From Eledone cirrhosa (Eukaryota): 64,000 nucleotides of DNA. The position numbers and the translations under genes are program-made. The DNA lies in contig OZ024761.1 in assembly GCA_964016885.1 (NCBI GenBank), positions 13,640,001 through 13,704,000 of the forward strand, written 5' to 3'. Within the stretch, counting starts at the first letter, position 1; each line of letters begins with the position of its first letter. A model generated the notes under the pieces. The model was not told where the DNA came from. It saw only the letters and a list, made by a program, of their open reading frames with translations, and made no database searches. This document shows positions 40,911 through 54,477 of this stretch, piece by piece.

Positions 40911-41642
40911 TCTGTATATATATAAAGATGAAGTTTTCTGTGTGTGTGGACAATTTTTAATGAGGGCTCATATATTCTAAACCATTCATGCGATTTCTTT
41001 GAAATTTTTTACAGAGCTTCTCCTTGCACAAAACCTGTACATGATCTACAAAGGCTTTCAAAAATCGATATTGGGGCCTTTGGAGACATTAAAAAAGTTT
41101 CGGTTATTTGTGTCAATTTTCGTGATTAAATAAGACAAGAGTTATCTTTCGTCAATACAATAGAAACTCATTTTTGATGACGACGGCTGTTCTCGAGTTG
41201 TTAATCTATTTATTTATGCTCGGGAAAACCAAAAATGTATAAATCTACTCTTCAATAATCCAAAAGACAATGAGTGCTCCCACCCAACATCCACCTCTTT
41301 TTATAACGATTTGCTCATCTATCAGTTCCCCCCTGTTATGTCCAATCTGTCTTGTTATTCCAACCTATGTACATAGTGTCTATTATTCACTTCACTTCTC
41401 TATTTCATGATGCGCTTTTACTCTTGTCAAAAAAATGTATACCTAGACTGGATTTCTGTTGTTACATGGTATAATGGATGACACCGAGCTCACATATTAA
41501 TTATTTCGCTGGAATAGTGCCTAAGGTTTTCATGTTTACATAAAGTACGTTTTTCTTCTGTGTATTTAAATTTACTTTGTTTAGTTTAATGAGCTACATC
41601 GAAAGCTACTTGAACCGTCCAAAGGACAGGTACTTTAGCTAG
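40911..41642 (+). mobile_element. Non-autonomous Helitron
   Basis: 5' tctgtatatatataaag, 3' gtcc-aaa-ggac hairpin then ctag|t. Confidence 0.65.
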
Positions 41643-41681
<39 letters not shown>

Positions 41682-41808
41682 CTGTATATATGTGTGTGTG
41701 AATACAGACCTCCTCTGCTTGTCTGGGAGGTCAGTAGCCCCACTTTAGTACTGACCTTGGTCAATATAGACCTGTCCAACCCTTGCTAGCAGGGAATGTG
41801 GACGTTAA

Positions 41809-41841
<33 letters not shown>

Positions 41842-42016
41842 TGTGTATGTATACTGTACTCACTGAAATGGATCATTAGGGTGTGTGTATGTATATGTAT
41901 GTGTGTGTGTATACTGTACTAACTGAACTGGATGTATATGTGTATGTATGTATGTATGTATATGTGTATACTGTACTCACTGGACTGGATCATTAAGATG
42001 TGTGTATATGTGTGTT

Positions 42017-42048
<32 letters not shown>

Positions 42049-42090
42049 CGTATATGTGTGTGTATATATGTATATGTGTGTGTATATATA

Positions 42091-42135
<45 letters not shown>

Positions 42136-42147
42136 ATATGTGTGTGT

Positions 42148-43873
42148 ATCATCATCACCGTTTTACGTCCGTTCTTCCACGCTAACATGGGTTAGACGGG
42201 TTGTCCTGTTGTGGGCAGTGTCTGGTCGGCTGACCATGCCTTGCTCATACAGGAACTGATCTGGCTTGATTTCTACAGCTGGATGCCCTTCCTAACACCA
42301 ACCTCATTTACAGTGAGTGCTGGGTGCTTTTTCGTGGCGCCTACACGTCCACTTTACAGTGTGGGCTGGGTGCTTTTTTGCCGTGGCACCTCCACGACCA
42401 CCTTGCGGTGGGGTGGGGGGGGTGGGGGGCATATTGTTTATATGCTTCAGCATGTACCCATGGGAGGTCGGGTACCCTGTATTACTGCGTGACGCCAGAA
42501 GTCACGGTCGTGTGTCATTGACTTTGAGAGGTGTAGTTGGGTAAGGTCGGCTTTTATCACCTCATCCCAAGTCATCTTGGGTCTCCCCACTCCGCGGTTT
42601 CCATCAACTTCTAGTGCTCTGCACCTTTTTATGCAGCTGTCATCCTTCATACGCATCACATGTCCATACCAGCGTAACCGCCTCTCCTGCACGCAGCATT
42701 TGATTCCTCTTATGCTCAGTCTCTCTCTCAATTCATTTATGCTTTGTCGTTCACGTATATTACTGTTACACATCCATCGGAGCATGCAGGCTTCGTTTCT
42801 CTCTAATCTACGTAAGTCTTCCACCTTCAGCGCCCAGGTCTCACTACCATGCAACATCGCTGTTCGGATACACGCATCATACAGTCTGCCTTTCATTCTG
42901 AGGGAGAAGCCTTTTGCAGCTAGCAGTGGTAGTAGTTCCCTAAACTTCTTCCATCCCGTTCTTACCCTAGTTATTGTACTTTCTGAGCACCCACCTCCGT
43001 TGCTAATTCGGTCACCTAGGTAGCAGAAGCTGTCTACTGTTTCTACAGGGCCCTCCCAGAGATTGGTGGTACTTGTTTCCTGTGGCTGTCTGCTTGCTGT
43101 TTCAGCACAGCTGCTGCATGTGAATCCTACATTCTTAATTAAGCTTCCTGAGATCCCGCTACATCTCTTGTGTACCCATTGTTTGCATTTGGGGCAAAGA
43201 ATGGAGTTCCTACCTACACCTTTCCTACATACTGAGCAAGGCCATTTCCCTGAGGGGATCTGGGTTCTGTTTTCTCGTCTACTTATAAGGACCTTAGTCT
43301 TTGTCATGTTGACTTTGAGGCCCTTTCTCTCTAGTCCCTGCTTCCAGGTTTGGAATTTATTCTCTAGTTCTACCATAGATTCAGCTATGAGTGCGAGGTC
43401 ATCAGCATACAGGAGTTCCCATGGGCATCCGGTCTTAAACTCCTCCGTTATTGCCTGCAGGACTATGATGAACAGGAGAGGGCTAAGAACAGAGCCCTGG
43501 TGGACCCCAACCTGTACGCTAAATTCCTCGCTATACTCATTGCCAATCCTAACTTTGCTGACTGCTCCCCTATACATGGCTTGTACCGCTTTCACAAGCC
43601 ATTCATCTACTCCTAGTTTTCTAAGAGCCCACCAGATTACTGCACGTGGAACTCTGTCAAAGGCTTTCTCAAGGTCGACAAATGCCAAGTAGAGTGGCTT
43701 ACTTTTAGCTAGGTACTTTTCCTGTAATTGCCTCACAAGGAAGAGCGCATCAGTGGTGCCTTTCCCTGGTACAAACCCAAATTGCATCTCGTCTATATTC
43801 ACCCGGTCCCTAATCAGCTGTGCTATAACTCTTTCTGTTACTTTCATGACCTGGTCCATCAACTTTATACCTC

Positions 43874-43877
<4 letters not shown>
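42148..43877 (-). mobile_element. 5'-truncated RTE-clade LINE with uninterrupted RT/C-terminal ORF (42447-43877) and 3' UTR ending in (GAT)n
   Basis: [63 protein letters not shown] motifs. Confidence 0.95.
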
Positions 43878-43972
<95 letters not shown>

Positions 43973-43979
43973 ATATATA

Positions 43980-44080
<101 letters not shown>

Positions 44081-44113
44081 ATATGTGTGTGTATGTATAT
44101 ATATATATATATA

Positions 44114-44154
<41 letters not shown>

Positions 44155-44161
44155 ATATATA

Positions 44162-44238
<77 letters not shown>

Positions 44239-44251
44239 ATACTGTACTCAC

Positions 44252-44364
44252 TGAACTGGATCATTAGGGTGTGGTTTCTTCTTACAATGTTTGTTCTGTG
44301 AGGGATCTAAGAGTGAGTGTTCCCAGATATTGTTGGCTCCACTGCTGTATAGGTGGCGTACCAT
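44252..44364 (-). CDS. GIT: GIT exon: [37 protein letters not shown]
   Basis: ttttcag/gtgagt, 113 nt, [13 protein letters not shown] motif, phase-compatible with neighbours. Confidence 0.95.
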
Positions 44365-44780
44365 CTGAAAATAACAAAGGGAAGATAACTTCATATTAAC
44401 ACTTAACCTCCTCTATCACGTTAACCCTTTAGCATCTACATTACTCTATATATACTATTGTATTTTCCCAGTAAAGTCTTTATCTTAAATAATTATCTCA
44501 CATAATATAGAATCCATGAAATTTTGATATTATTTATTTTGAGAACAATACTTTAATATAAGTATGAGCAGCTGGTTACAGCCAGTTTGAACAGAAAGGG
44601 GTGAGAGAATTCTGGCCAGATATGACCGGTTTAAATGCTAAAGGGTTAAACGATGATGATGATGATGATGAAGGAAATAAATAAAATAAAAAATATAAAA
44701 AATGCACAAAGCAAAAGAAAAGAAAACCAATCGGAAATGAAAACAAATTAGAAAGAGAAGAAGATAAATAAGAGACTTAC

Positions 44781-44914
44781 TGCTAAACGTGATGGGTTCC
44801 ATTGTGCCTTCTTCAGGTGCTTTACCTGTGAGATATGTCTGCCAAGGCTTCGATGAACACTGCAACATTCCTGACATATTAACACACCACGATTCACTGA
44901 AGCCCAAGTGGGAT
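44781..44914 (-). CDS. GIT: GIT ArfGAP exon (equivalent to coding exon 2): DPTWASVNRGVLICQECCSVHRSLGRHISQVKHLKKAQWNPSRLA
   Basis: Flanked by cag/gtaagt, 134 nt. Matches the ArfGAP motif WASxNRG..CxECCSVHRSLGRHISQV of GIT1/2. Confidence 0.95.
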
Positions 44915-45249
44915 CTGATAGAGAGAAGGGTGGTAGAAGGATCGGTCAATTATATACAAACACATCATTTTAGTAAGATACATACCATACCATACCATAC
45001 CATACATATATATTTTATGACAAATAGGATACAGGTCATAGAGAGAAGGGGAGGGGAAGAGAGAGATAGAGAGAGGGTGAGGAAGGAAGGGAGGTAAAGG
45101 GAGAAAGAAAAAGAAAGAGGTATAAAAGGAAAGTGGTAACTTCCACAGCTCATTAGTCTGACATTCCTTAGTTGTAGTAAACTAGGAAGTTTTTACAAGA
45201 GGGATGGAATAGCACTTATGCTTGTTTGAGGTTGACAGAAGAGTTTCTA

Positions 45250-45874
45250 GAGCAAATCACAAAGACAAACATTTTCGGTTGTCGGTTTACACGTTGAAGA
45301 GCCCTGCTTTACCCTGGTTTACATGCTGAAGAGCCCTGCTTTACCCTGGTTTACATGCTGAAGAGCCCTGCTTTACCCTGGTTTACATGCTGAAGAGCCC
45401 TGCTTTACCCTGGTTTACATGCTGAAGAGCCCTGCTTTACCTTGGTTTACATGCTGAAGAGCCCTGCTTTACCCTGGTTTACATTCTGAAGAGCCCTGCT
45501 TTACCCTGGTTTACATGCTGAAGAGCCCTGCTTTACCCTGGTTTACATGCTGAAGAGCCCTGCTTTACCCTGGTTTACATGCTGAAGAGCCCTGCTTTAC
45601 CCTGGTTTACCTGCTGAAAAGCCCTGCTTTACCCATAGTCAGCTTTACATTGGCTATTCAATAGTAGCAAGTCAAACCTTTACATCTATGGACCAGATGG
45701 AAAACCAACAAACATTGTTTATACAAATATTATAAATTAACCCAAAGAAATCCGTCCTCATCAAGGGGACTATCCTTCGGGGGGAGATATGGTCAGACAT
45801 GGAATAAAAAGAAAATTTTAAATAAAGGCACACTATTGTGATTATTGCTCAGCAACGACAAGATACTCAGCTAG
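45250..45874 (+). mobile_element. Helitron 3' end (Pif1-type helicase C-terminus) containing a 32-bp minisatellite at 45285-45635
   Basis: SKSQRQTFSVVGLHVEEPCFT...HSQLYIGYSIV...GKPTNIVY*, terminal cagctag|t. Confidence 0.8.
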
Positions 45875-45881
45875 TGTATAA

Positions 45882-45917
<36 letters not shown>

Positions 45918-46178
45918 TTTTAATTAAACATACAGTATATTGCCAAATATACTATACATACATTCATGTATACATCGCTATTTCAGAGCACCAATACTAA
46001 TATATATCATCATCATCATCATCATCATCATCGTTTAACGTCCATATTCCATGCTTGCATGGGTTTGGACGGGAGTTTTCCCACTTGAGGCAAGAGTGGT
46101 TGTCCTGCTCGCATAGGACTGTTTGGCAGGTTTTCTACGGCTGGATGCCCTTCCTAACACCAACCACATTTACAGTGT

Positions 46179-46214
<36 letters not shown>

Positions 46215-46403
46215 TGAGGTAAAAGTTTGGTAGAAATATCCAAGGGTAAGAACACTCAGTCTATAGGGCGAGTTTAGTATAAATAATTACAACAGTGACA
46301 TAAACAGGTACTTAAGTTTTGTTGGGTTCTGGACCCCAACTGATTCAGCCTGTCATATGACAGGCTGAATCAGTTTATATATATATGAGTGTATGTATGT
46401 GTT

Positions 46404-46450
<47 letters not shown>

Positions 46451-46512
46451 TCATCATATATATATATAGATATATATACACACAAACATCTGTATAAGTA
46501 TGTATATACCCA

Positions 46513-46880
46513 TGGGCTTGCAATCGAAAGGCTGTGAGTTCAATTCTCAGACCGGGTGATGTGTTGTTTCCTTGAGCAAGACACTTTATTTCACATTGCT
46601 CCAGTTTACTCAGCTGTAGAAATGAGATGATAGGGACTGGGGTCTATATCATTCCACTGCAAAGTGGTCGTGGAGGTGCCACAGCAAAAAAGCACCCAGC
46701 ACTCACTGTAAATGGGGTTGGTGTTAGGAAGGGCATCCAGCTGTAGAAATCAAGCCAGCATCAGTTCCCGTATGAGCAAGACAAGGTCAGCCGACCGGAC
46801 ACTGCCTACAACAGGACAACCTGTCTAACCCATGCTAGCGTGGAAGAACGGACGTAAAACGGTGATGATGATGATGATGA
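46513..46880 (+). mobile_element. SINE family A
   Basis: Same consensus. Confidence 0.85.
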
Positions 46881-47781
46881 CATGCACACATAAACACAGT
46901 CACACACATACATATAAACATGTTCCCTTGTGTCTGTAAATGCCAGCAATGAATCTGTTACTATTTATGAAAATAAAACCATGATTTCTTCTCAAAATGT
47001 CAGCTAGAGACGCCATGACACTTTATAATGGACATCATCATCATCATTATGTATAACAGTGAGAATAGAATAACACTAGATATTATTATCTCACACATAG
47101 ATTCATACACATACACACACATACATACAGATAAACACACATACACACACATGCAGAAACATACACACGCACATGCAGATACATACCCATACACACACAC
47201 ATACAGATACATACCCATACATACACATACAGATACATACCCATACATACACACAGATACACACACATGCAGATACATACCCATACACACACAGATGCAG
47301 ATACATACACACACACATGCAGATACATACCCATACATACACATACAGATACATATATACACATACACACAGATACACACACATACACACACATGCAGAT
47401 ACATACCCATACACACATACATACACATACAGATACATACATACACACAGATACATAGATACACACATATACACATACAGATACATACATACACACAGAT
47501 ACACACACATACATACACAGATACATACCCATACATACTCATACACACAGATACATACACACACACACATACATACATACATACCCATACACACACATAC
47601 AGATACACACACACACACATACAGATACATACCCATACACACACACACACATGCAGATACATACACACACATACAGATACATACACACATACGCATCATG
47701 CAAACACACACACACACATCACCAACACCAACAACATCTAAATATCTTCACCCCCCCCCCCTTCCCCACCCATCTGCTGCT

Positions 47782-47866
47782 GTTGCCGTGGTAACCCCCC
47801 CCTTCAGTGTAACAACTGATGTTATGGTAACCTCGTCAACCACACAGCCTCGGTTGCCATGGTATC
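47782..47866. promoter_or_regulatory. Cluster of RFX X-box motifs
   Basis: GTTGCCGTGGTAAC (47782-47795), GATGTTATGGTAAC (47818-47831), GTTGCCATGGTATC (47853-47866). Confidence 0.55.
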
Positions 47867-48599
47867 GCTAACAAAACACATCAACAACAATACTATTCTT
47901 TCATTTTTTTTTAACTTTGATTTGAACAGGGCCAAGCTGGAGCACCAGCTCCAAGGGAGTTAATTTCATCACATCAACCCCCAGTCCCTTGCCATTCTGA
48001 GTTCAAATCCTGCCGAGGTTAACTTTGCCTTTCATTCTTACGGGGTCGATAAAATAAAGTACCAGTAATGCACTGGGTAATTGCTGGCCTTGTGCCTAAC
48101 GTAGAAACAATTATTAATCACATCAACGCCCCCCCCCCCCCCCCCCCAGTCTGGTACTTATTTTATCAATCTCTGGTCTCGCTGTGGGGGATCAAGTTGG
48201 ACCCACTGGAAGGAGTGTGTGAGGACTCAGCCTCTCCGGACCCTCCCAGGAATAAGTGGGCAAAAAAGAAATGGAAGAGAGAGGGAGAGGGAGAGGGAGG
48301 AGTGAGAGAGAGAGACTGAGGGGAGAGAGAGAGAAAATGGTTGACTGTTGTGGCCATGTTGGATCAATTGTAGACTGTTGCTTCTGACAGGAGTGTTTGA
48401 GGACTATGCCCCCCCCCCCCCCCCCCACGACCCTCCCAGTATTAAGTGGGCAAAGAGAGAGAGAGAGAGATACAGACACAAAGAGAGAAAGATAGAAGGG
48501 GGGGGGTTGACTTTGTTGTGGCCATGTTGGATCAGTTGGAGATGGTTGATTCTGACAGGACCCGCTGGAAGGGGAGTTTGAGATACAGACACAAAGAGA

Positions 48600-49705
48600 G
48601 AATGAGGGGAGAGAAAGAGAGTGAGTGAGGGAGGGAGACTGAGAAGAAGAGAGAGAGTGAGAGAGAGTGAGAAGAAGAGAGAGAGAGAGAGAGTGAGAGA
48701 GACTGAGAAGAGAGAGAGGGGGAGACTGAGAAGAAGAGAGAGAGTGAGAGAGACTGAGAAGAAGAGAGAGAGTGAGAGAGACTGAGAAGAAGAGAGAGAG
48801 AGAGAGTGAGAGAGACTGAGAAGAGAGAGAGGGGGAGACTGAGAAGAAGAGAGAGAGCGAGAGAGACTGAGAAGAAGAGAGAGAGTGAGGGAGACTGAGA
48901 AGAAGAGAGAGAGCGAGAGAGACTGAGAAGAAGAGAGAGAGTGAGAGACTGAGAAGAAGAGAGAGAGAGCGAGAGAGACTGAGAAGAGTGAGAGAGACTG
49001 AGAAGAAGAGAGAGAGTGAGAGAGACTGAGAAGAAGAGAGAGAGTGAGAGAGAGAGACTGAGAAGAAGAGAAAGAGTGAGAGAGACTGAGAAGAAGAGAG
49101 AGAGAGTGAGAGAGACTGAGAAGAAGAGAGAGAGTGAGAGAGAGAGACTGAGAAGAAGAGAGAGAACGAGAGAGACTGAGAAGAAGAGAAAGAGTGAGAG
49201 AGACTGAGAAGAAGAGAGAGAGAGTGAGAGAGACTGAGAAGAGGAGAGAGAGTGAGAGAGACTGAGAAGAGAGAGAGTGAGAGAGACTGAGAAGAAGAGA
49301 GAGAGTGAGAGAGACTGAGAAGAAGAGAGAGTGAGAGAGACTGAGAAGAAGAGAGAGAGTGAGAGAGACTGAGAAGAAGAGAGAGAGTGAGAGAGACTGA
49401 GAAGAGAGAGAGAGTGAGAGAGACTGAGAAGCGAGAGAGAGTGAGAGAGACTGAGAAGAGAGAGAGAGCGAGCGAGAGAGACTGAGAAGAAGAGAGAGAG
49501 TGAGAGAGACTGAGAAGAGAGAGAGAGCGAGCGAGAGAGACTGAGAAGAAGAGAGAGAGTGAGAGAGACTGAGAAGAAGAGAGAGAGTGAGAGAGAGTGA
49601 GAAGAGAGTGAGCGAGCGAGAGAGACTGAGAAGAAGAGAGAGGGTGAGAGAGACTGAGAAAAGAGAGAGCGAGCGAGAGAGACTGAGAAGAAGAGAGAGA
49701 GGGGG
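48600..49705. repeat. GA-rich minisatellite (gagactgagaagaagagagagagt)
   Basis: Direct inspection. Confidence 0.9.
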
Positions 49706-50015
49706 GAGAATGTTTGACTTTGTTGTGGCCATGTTCATGTGACAGCCAGTTACAATGTCTCACCATTAATAACGCAGAACCAACTAAAACCAACTATTTT
49801 ATGAATAACATCATTAAAATAATGTTTTGTTATTTTACTACAGTGAATAATATACAATAACAAAACTATTTAAATGAGTGGGTTGAGCATCAGTGCAAGG
49901 TGAAATGGAGAGGAAGGGAGTAACATTTGGTTTTTGTATATAGTTATTGTAAAGTTTTCTTATTGCTGTTGTTATTGTTGTAACCCTTTAGCATTTACAT
50001 TCATTCATTCATTCA

Positions 50016-50334
50016 TTTCATTTTACGTCTGCTTTTCCCTGCTTGCAAGGGTGGGACGGGAACTGATTCTGGCTTGATTTCTACAGATGGATGCCCTTCC
50101 TAACACCAACCTCATTTACAGTGAGTGCTGGGTGCTTTTTTGCCGTGGCACCTACATAACCACTTTGCAGTGGAATGATAGGGACCCCAGTCCCTATCAT
50201 CTCATTTCTACAGCTGAGTAAACTGGAGCAATGTGAAATAAAGTGTCTTGCTCAAGGAAACAACACATCACCCGGTCTGAGAATTGAACTCACAATCTTT
50301 CGAGGCCAATGCTCTAACCACTAAGTCATGTGCC
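50016..50334 (-). mobile_element. SINE family A nested in a TTAA MITE
   Basis: Same consensus. Confidence 0.8.
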
Positions 50335-51171
50335 TTTACGATCTGAGTTCAAATCCCACCGAGGTTAACTTTGCCTTTCATCTTTACGGGGTCGATAAAA
50401 TAAAGTACCAGTAATGCACTGGGTATTTGCTGGCCTTGTGCCAATAGTAGAAACAATTATATTTACTATTGTATTTTCACGGTAAAGGCTTTATCTTACA
50501 TAATGTCTCACATAATACTGAATCTATGAGATTTGATGTTATTTATTTTGAGAACAATACCTTAACATCAGTATGAGTGGCCAGTTACGGTTGGTTTGTA
50601 TAGAAAGAGGTAAGAGAATTCTGGTCGGATACAGCCGGTTTAAGTACTAAAGGGTTAAATCTAGATTACTAAAAAAGGAAGGAATCATAGGGTTGCCAAG
50701 TATGAGGTTTTGGAGCATTTTAAAACCTAGCAGAGCCCATCTCCTCTGTAGGTCTGAATACAGCAGATTTCTTCCAGAGAAGGATAGAGAGTGAGAGAGA
50801 ATCAAAGATAGAGAGTGAGAGAGAATCAAAGATAGAGAGTGAGAGAGAATCAAAGTGAGAAAGTGAGAGAGAATCAAAGATAGAGAGTGAGAGAGAATCA
50901 AAGTGAGAAAGTGAGAGAGAATCAAAGATAGAGAGTGAGAGAGAATCAAAGTGAGAAAGAGATACCAGTACTGGACTGGTAATTTTTTTATCAACCTACA
51001 ATGGATGAAAAGCAAAGTTGATCTTGGAAAAAAAATATAATTTTAAACCATTTGATGAATCCACAAATGTTTACAATGATGAGCGGTGTTCAATAAGCTA
51101 GTTAATAGCTTCTATGTCCAACTCTGGAATTATCCTTTAAGTAAAGTATTCTATGGCTGCATACTCTGAAT

Positions 51172-52937
51172 CCCAGCTCTGGTTCTATGAAACAAAACCA
51201 CTTATTTTAAAGGGTTCATATTTAACCCTTTATTTACCAACCCAGCCAAAACCAGCTCTGGTTCTATGAAACAAAACCACTCATTTTAAAGGGTTCATAT
51301 TTAACCCTTTATTTACCAACCCAGCCAAAACCAGCCTGATTCTATGAAAGAAAACCACTTATTTTAAAGGGTTCATATCTAACGCTTTATTTACCAACCC
51401 AGCCAAAACCAGCTCTGATTCTATGAAAGAAAACCACTTATTTTAAAGGGTTCATATTTAACCCTTTATTTACCAACCCAGCCAAAACCAGCTCTGATTC
51501 TATGAAAGAAAACCACTTATTTTAAAGGGTTCATATTTAACGCTTTATTTACCAACCCAGCCAAAACCAGCTCTGATTCTATGAAAGAAAACCACTTATT
51601 TTAAAGGGTTCATATTTAACCCTTTATTTACCAACCCAGCCAAAACCAGCTCTGATTCTATGAAAGAAAACCACTTATTTTAAAGGGTTCATATTTAACG
51701 CTTTATTTACCAACCCAGCCAAAACCAGCTCTGATTCTATGAAAGAAAACCACTTATTTTAAAGGGTTCATATTTAACCCTTTATTTACCAACCCAGCCA
51801 AAACCAGCTCTGGTTCTATGAAAGAAAACCACTCATTTTAAAGGGTTCATATTTAACCCTTTATTTACCAACCCAGCCAAAACCAGCTCTGGTTCTATGA
51901 AAGAAAACCACTTATTTTAAAGGGTTCATATTTAACCCTTTATTTACCAACCCAGCCAAAACCAGCCTGATTCTATGAAAGAAAACCACTTATTTTAAAG
52001 GGTTCATATCTAACGCTTTATTTACCAACCCAGCCAAAACCAGCTCTGATTCTATGAAAGAAAACCACTTATTTTAAAGGGTTCATATTTAACCCTTTAT
52101 TTACCAACCCAGCCAAAACCAGCTCTGATTCTATGAAAGAAAACCACTCATTTTAAAGGGTCCATATTTAACCCTTTATTTACCAACCCAGCCAAAACCA
52201 GCTCTGATTCTATGAAAGAAAACCACTTATTTTAAAGGGTTCATATTTAACCCTTTATTTACCAACCCAGCCAAAACCAGCTCTGATTCTATGAAAGAAA
52301 ACCACTTATTTTAAAGGGTCCATATTTAACCCTTTATTTACCAACCCAGCCAAAACCAGCTCTGATTCTATGAAAGAAAACCACTTATTTTAAAGGGTCC
52401 ATATTTAACCCTTTATTTACCAACCCAGCCAAAACCAGCTCTGATTCTATGAAAGAAAACCACTTATTTTAAAGGGTCCATATTTAACCCTTTATTTACC
52501 AACCCAGCCAAAACCAGCTCTGATTCTATGAAAGAAAACCACTCATTTTAAAGGGTCCATATTTAACCCTTTATTTACCAACCCAGCCAAAACCAGCTCT
52601 GATTCTATGAAAGAAAACCACTCATTTTAAAGGGTCCATATTTAACCCTTTATTTACCAACCCAGCCAAAACCAGCTCTGATTCTATGAAAGAAAACCAC
52701 TCATTTTAAAGGGTCCATATTTAACCCTTTATTTACCAACCCAGCCAAAACCAGCTCTGATTCTATGAAAGAAAACCACTCATTTTAAAGGGTCCATATT
52801 TAACCCTTTATTTACCAACCCAGCCAAAACCAGCTCTGATTCTATGAAAGAAAACCACTCATTTTAAAGGGTCCATATTTAACCCTTTATTTACCAACCC
52901 AGCCAAAACCAGCTCTGATTCTATGAAAGAAAACCAC
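51172..52937. repeat. 79-bp satellite, about 22 copies
   Basis: Unit ttaaccctttatttaccaacccagccaaaaccagctctgattctatgaaagaaaaccacttattttaaagggttcatat. Confidence 0.95.
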
Positions 52938-54477
52938 CAAATAAATGTATGTGTGTACTTGAAGAATATCAATCATGAATGGAATTCTTGTACACCATCA
53001 CCATATAATTAAAATATTGAAAAGGATTTTCAATAATTCAAAAAATGTTTCATGTAACCCCCCCCCCCCCCCCCCTCCTAACTGTAGGGAAACAGAATGT
53101 GGTAGGGCGGGGGAGGGGGGTAGAGAGGAGGAGGTGTGAGGCAGAGAAGTGTAGAGGGTACTGGAGGTGTGTTGGTAGAGGGGACGGGTGTGGGGGTAGA
53201 GGGGTGTAAGAGGCTATGGGAGACATGTGGGGGTTACGGGATGTATAGGGGGTAGAGGGATGTGTAGGTGTGAGGAGGAGAGGGGGAGGAACAAGACAGA
53301 AGATGTGTGGGCGGGGGAGGGGTGGGATACAGGATGTAAAAGAAAGATAAAAATAAAACCAGGAATCTGGGGTTAGGGGGGGGGGGGGGGGGGGGGTAGG
53401 AGACATATGTAAAATATAGACTGGTGACAGACATAAGAGATAGAACAGTGATGTGATGGTGGTGGTGGTGGTGGTGGTGATGATGGTGGTGGTGGTGGTG
53501 GTGGTGGTGTTGGTAGTGGTGGTGGTGGTGATGATGGTGGTGATGGTGGTGATGTTGGTGATGTTGATGATGGTGTTGGTAGTGATGGTGGTGGTGATGA
53601 TGTTGATAGTGATTGCCCATACACATGCACACACAGATACGCACACAGATACACACACAGATACACACACACATGCACCCAGATACACACACACATGCAC
53701 ACAAACAGATACACACACACACGCACAAACAGATACACACACACATACACACACACATGCACACAAACAGATACACACACACATGCACACACACAGATAC
53801 ACACACACATGCACACACACAGATACACACACACATGCACACAAACAGATACACACACACACGCACAAACAGATACACACACACATGCACACACACAGAT
53901 ACACACACACATGCACACAAACAGATACACACACACATGCACACACACAGATACACACACACATGCACACAAACAGATACACACACACAAACAGATACAC
54001 ACACACATGCACACACACAGATACACACACACATGCACACAAACAGATACACACACACACGCACAAACAGATACACACACACATACACACACACATGCAC
54101 ACAAACAGATACACACACACATTCACACAAACAGATACACACACAGATACACACACACATGCACACACACAGATACACACACACATGCACACACACATGC
54201 ACACAAATAGATACACACACACATACACACACACATATACACACACACATGCACACACACACATGCACACAAATAGATACACACACACATACACACACAA
54301 ATACACACACACATGCACACACACAGATACACACACACATGCACACACACAGATACACACACACACAGATACACACACACATGCACACAAATAGATACAC
54401 ACACACACAGATACACACATACACACACACAGATACACAGTTGATAAAACTGAAGTTATTCTCTTCCTCCTCCTATC

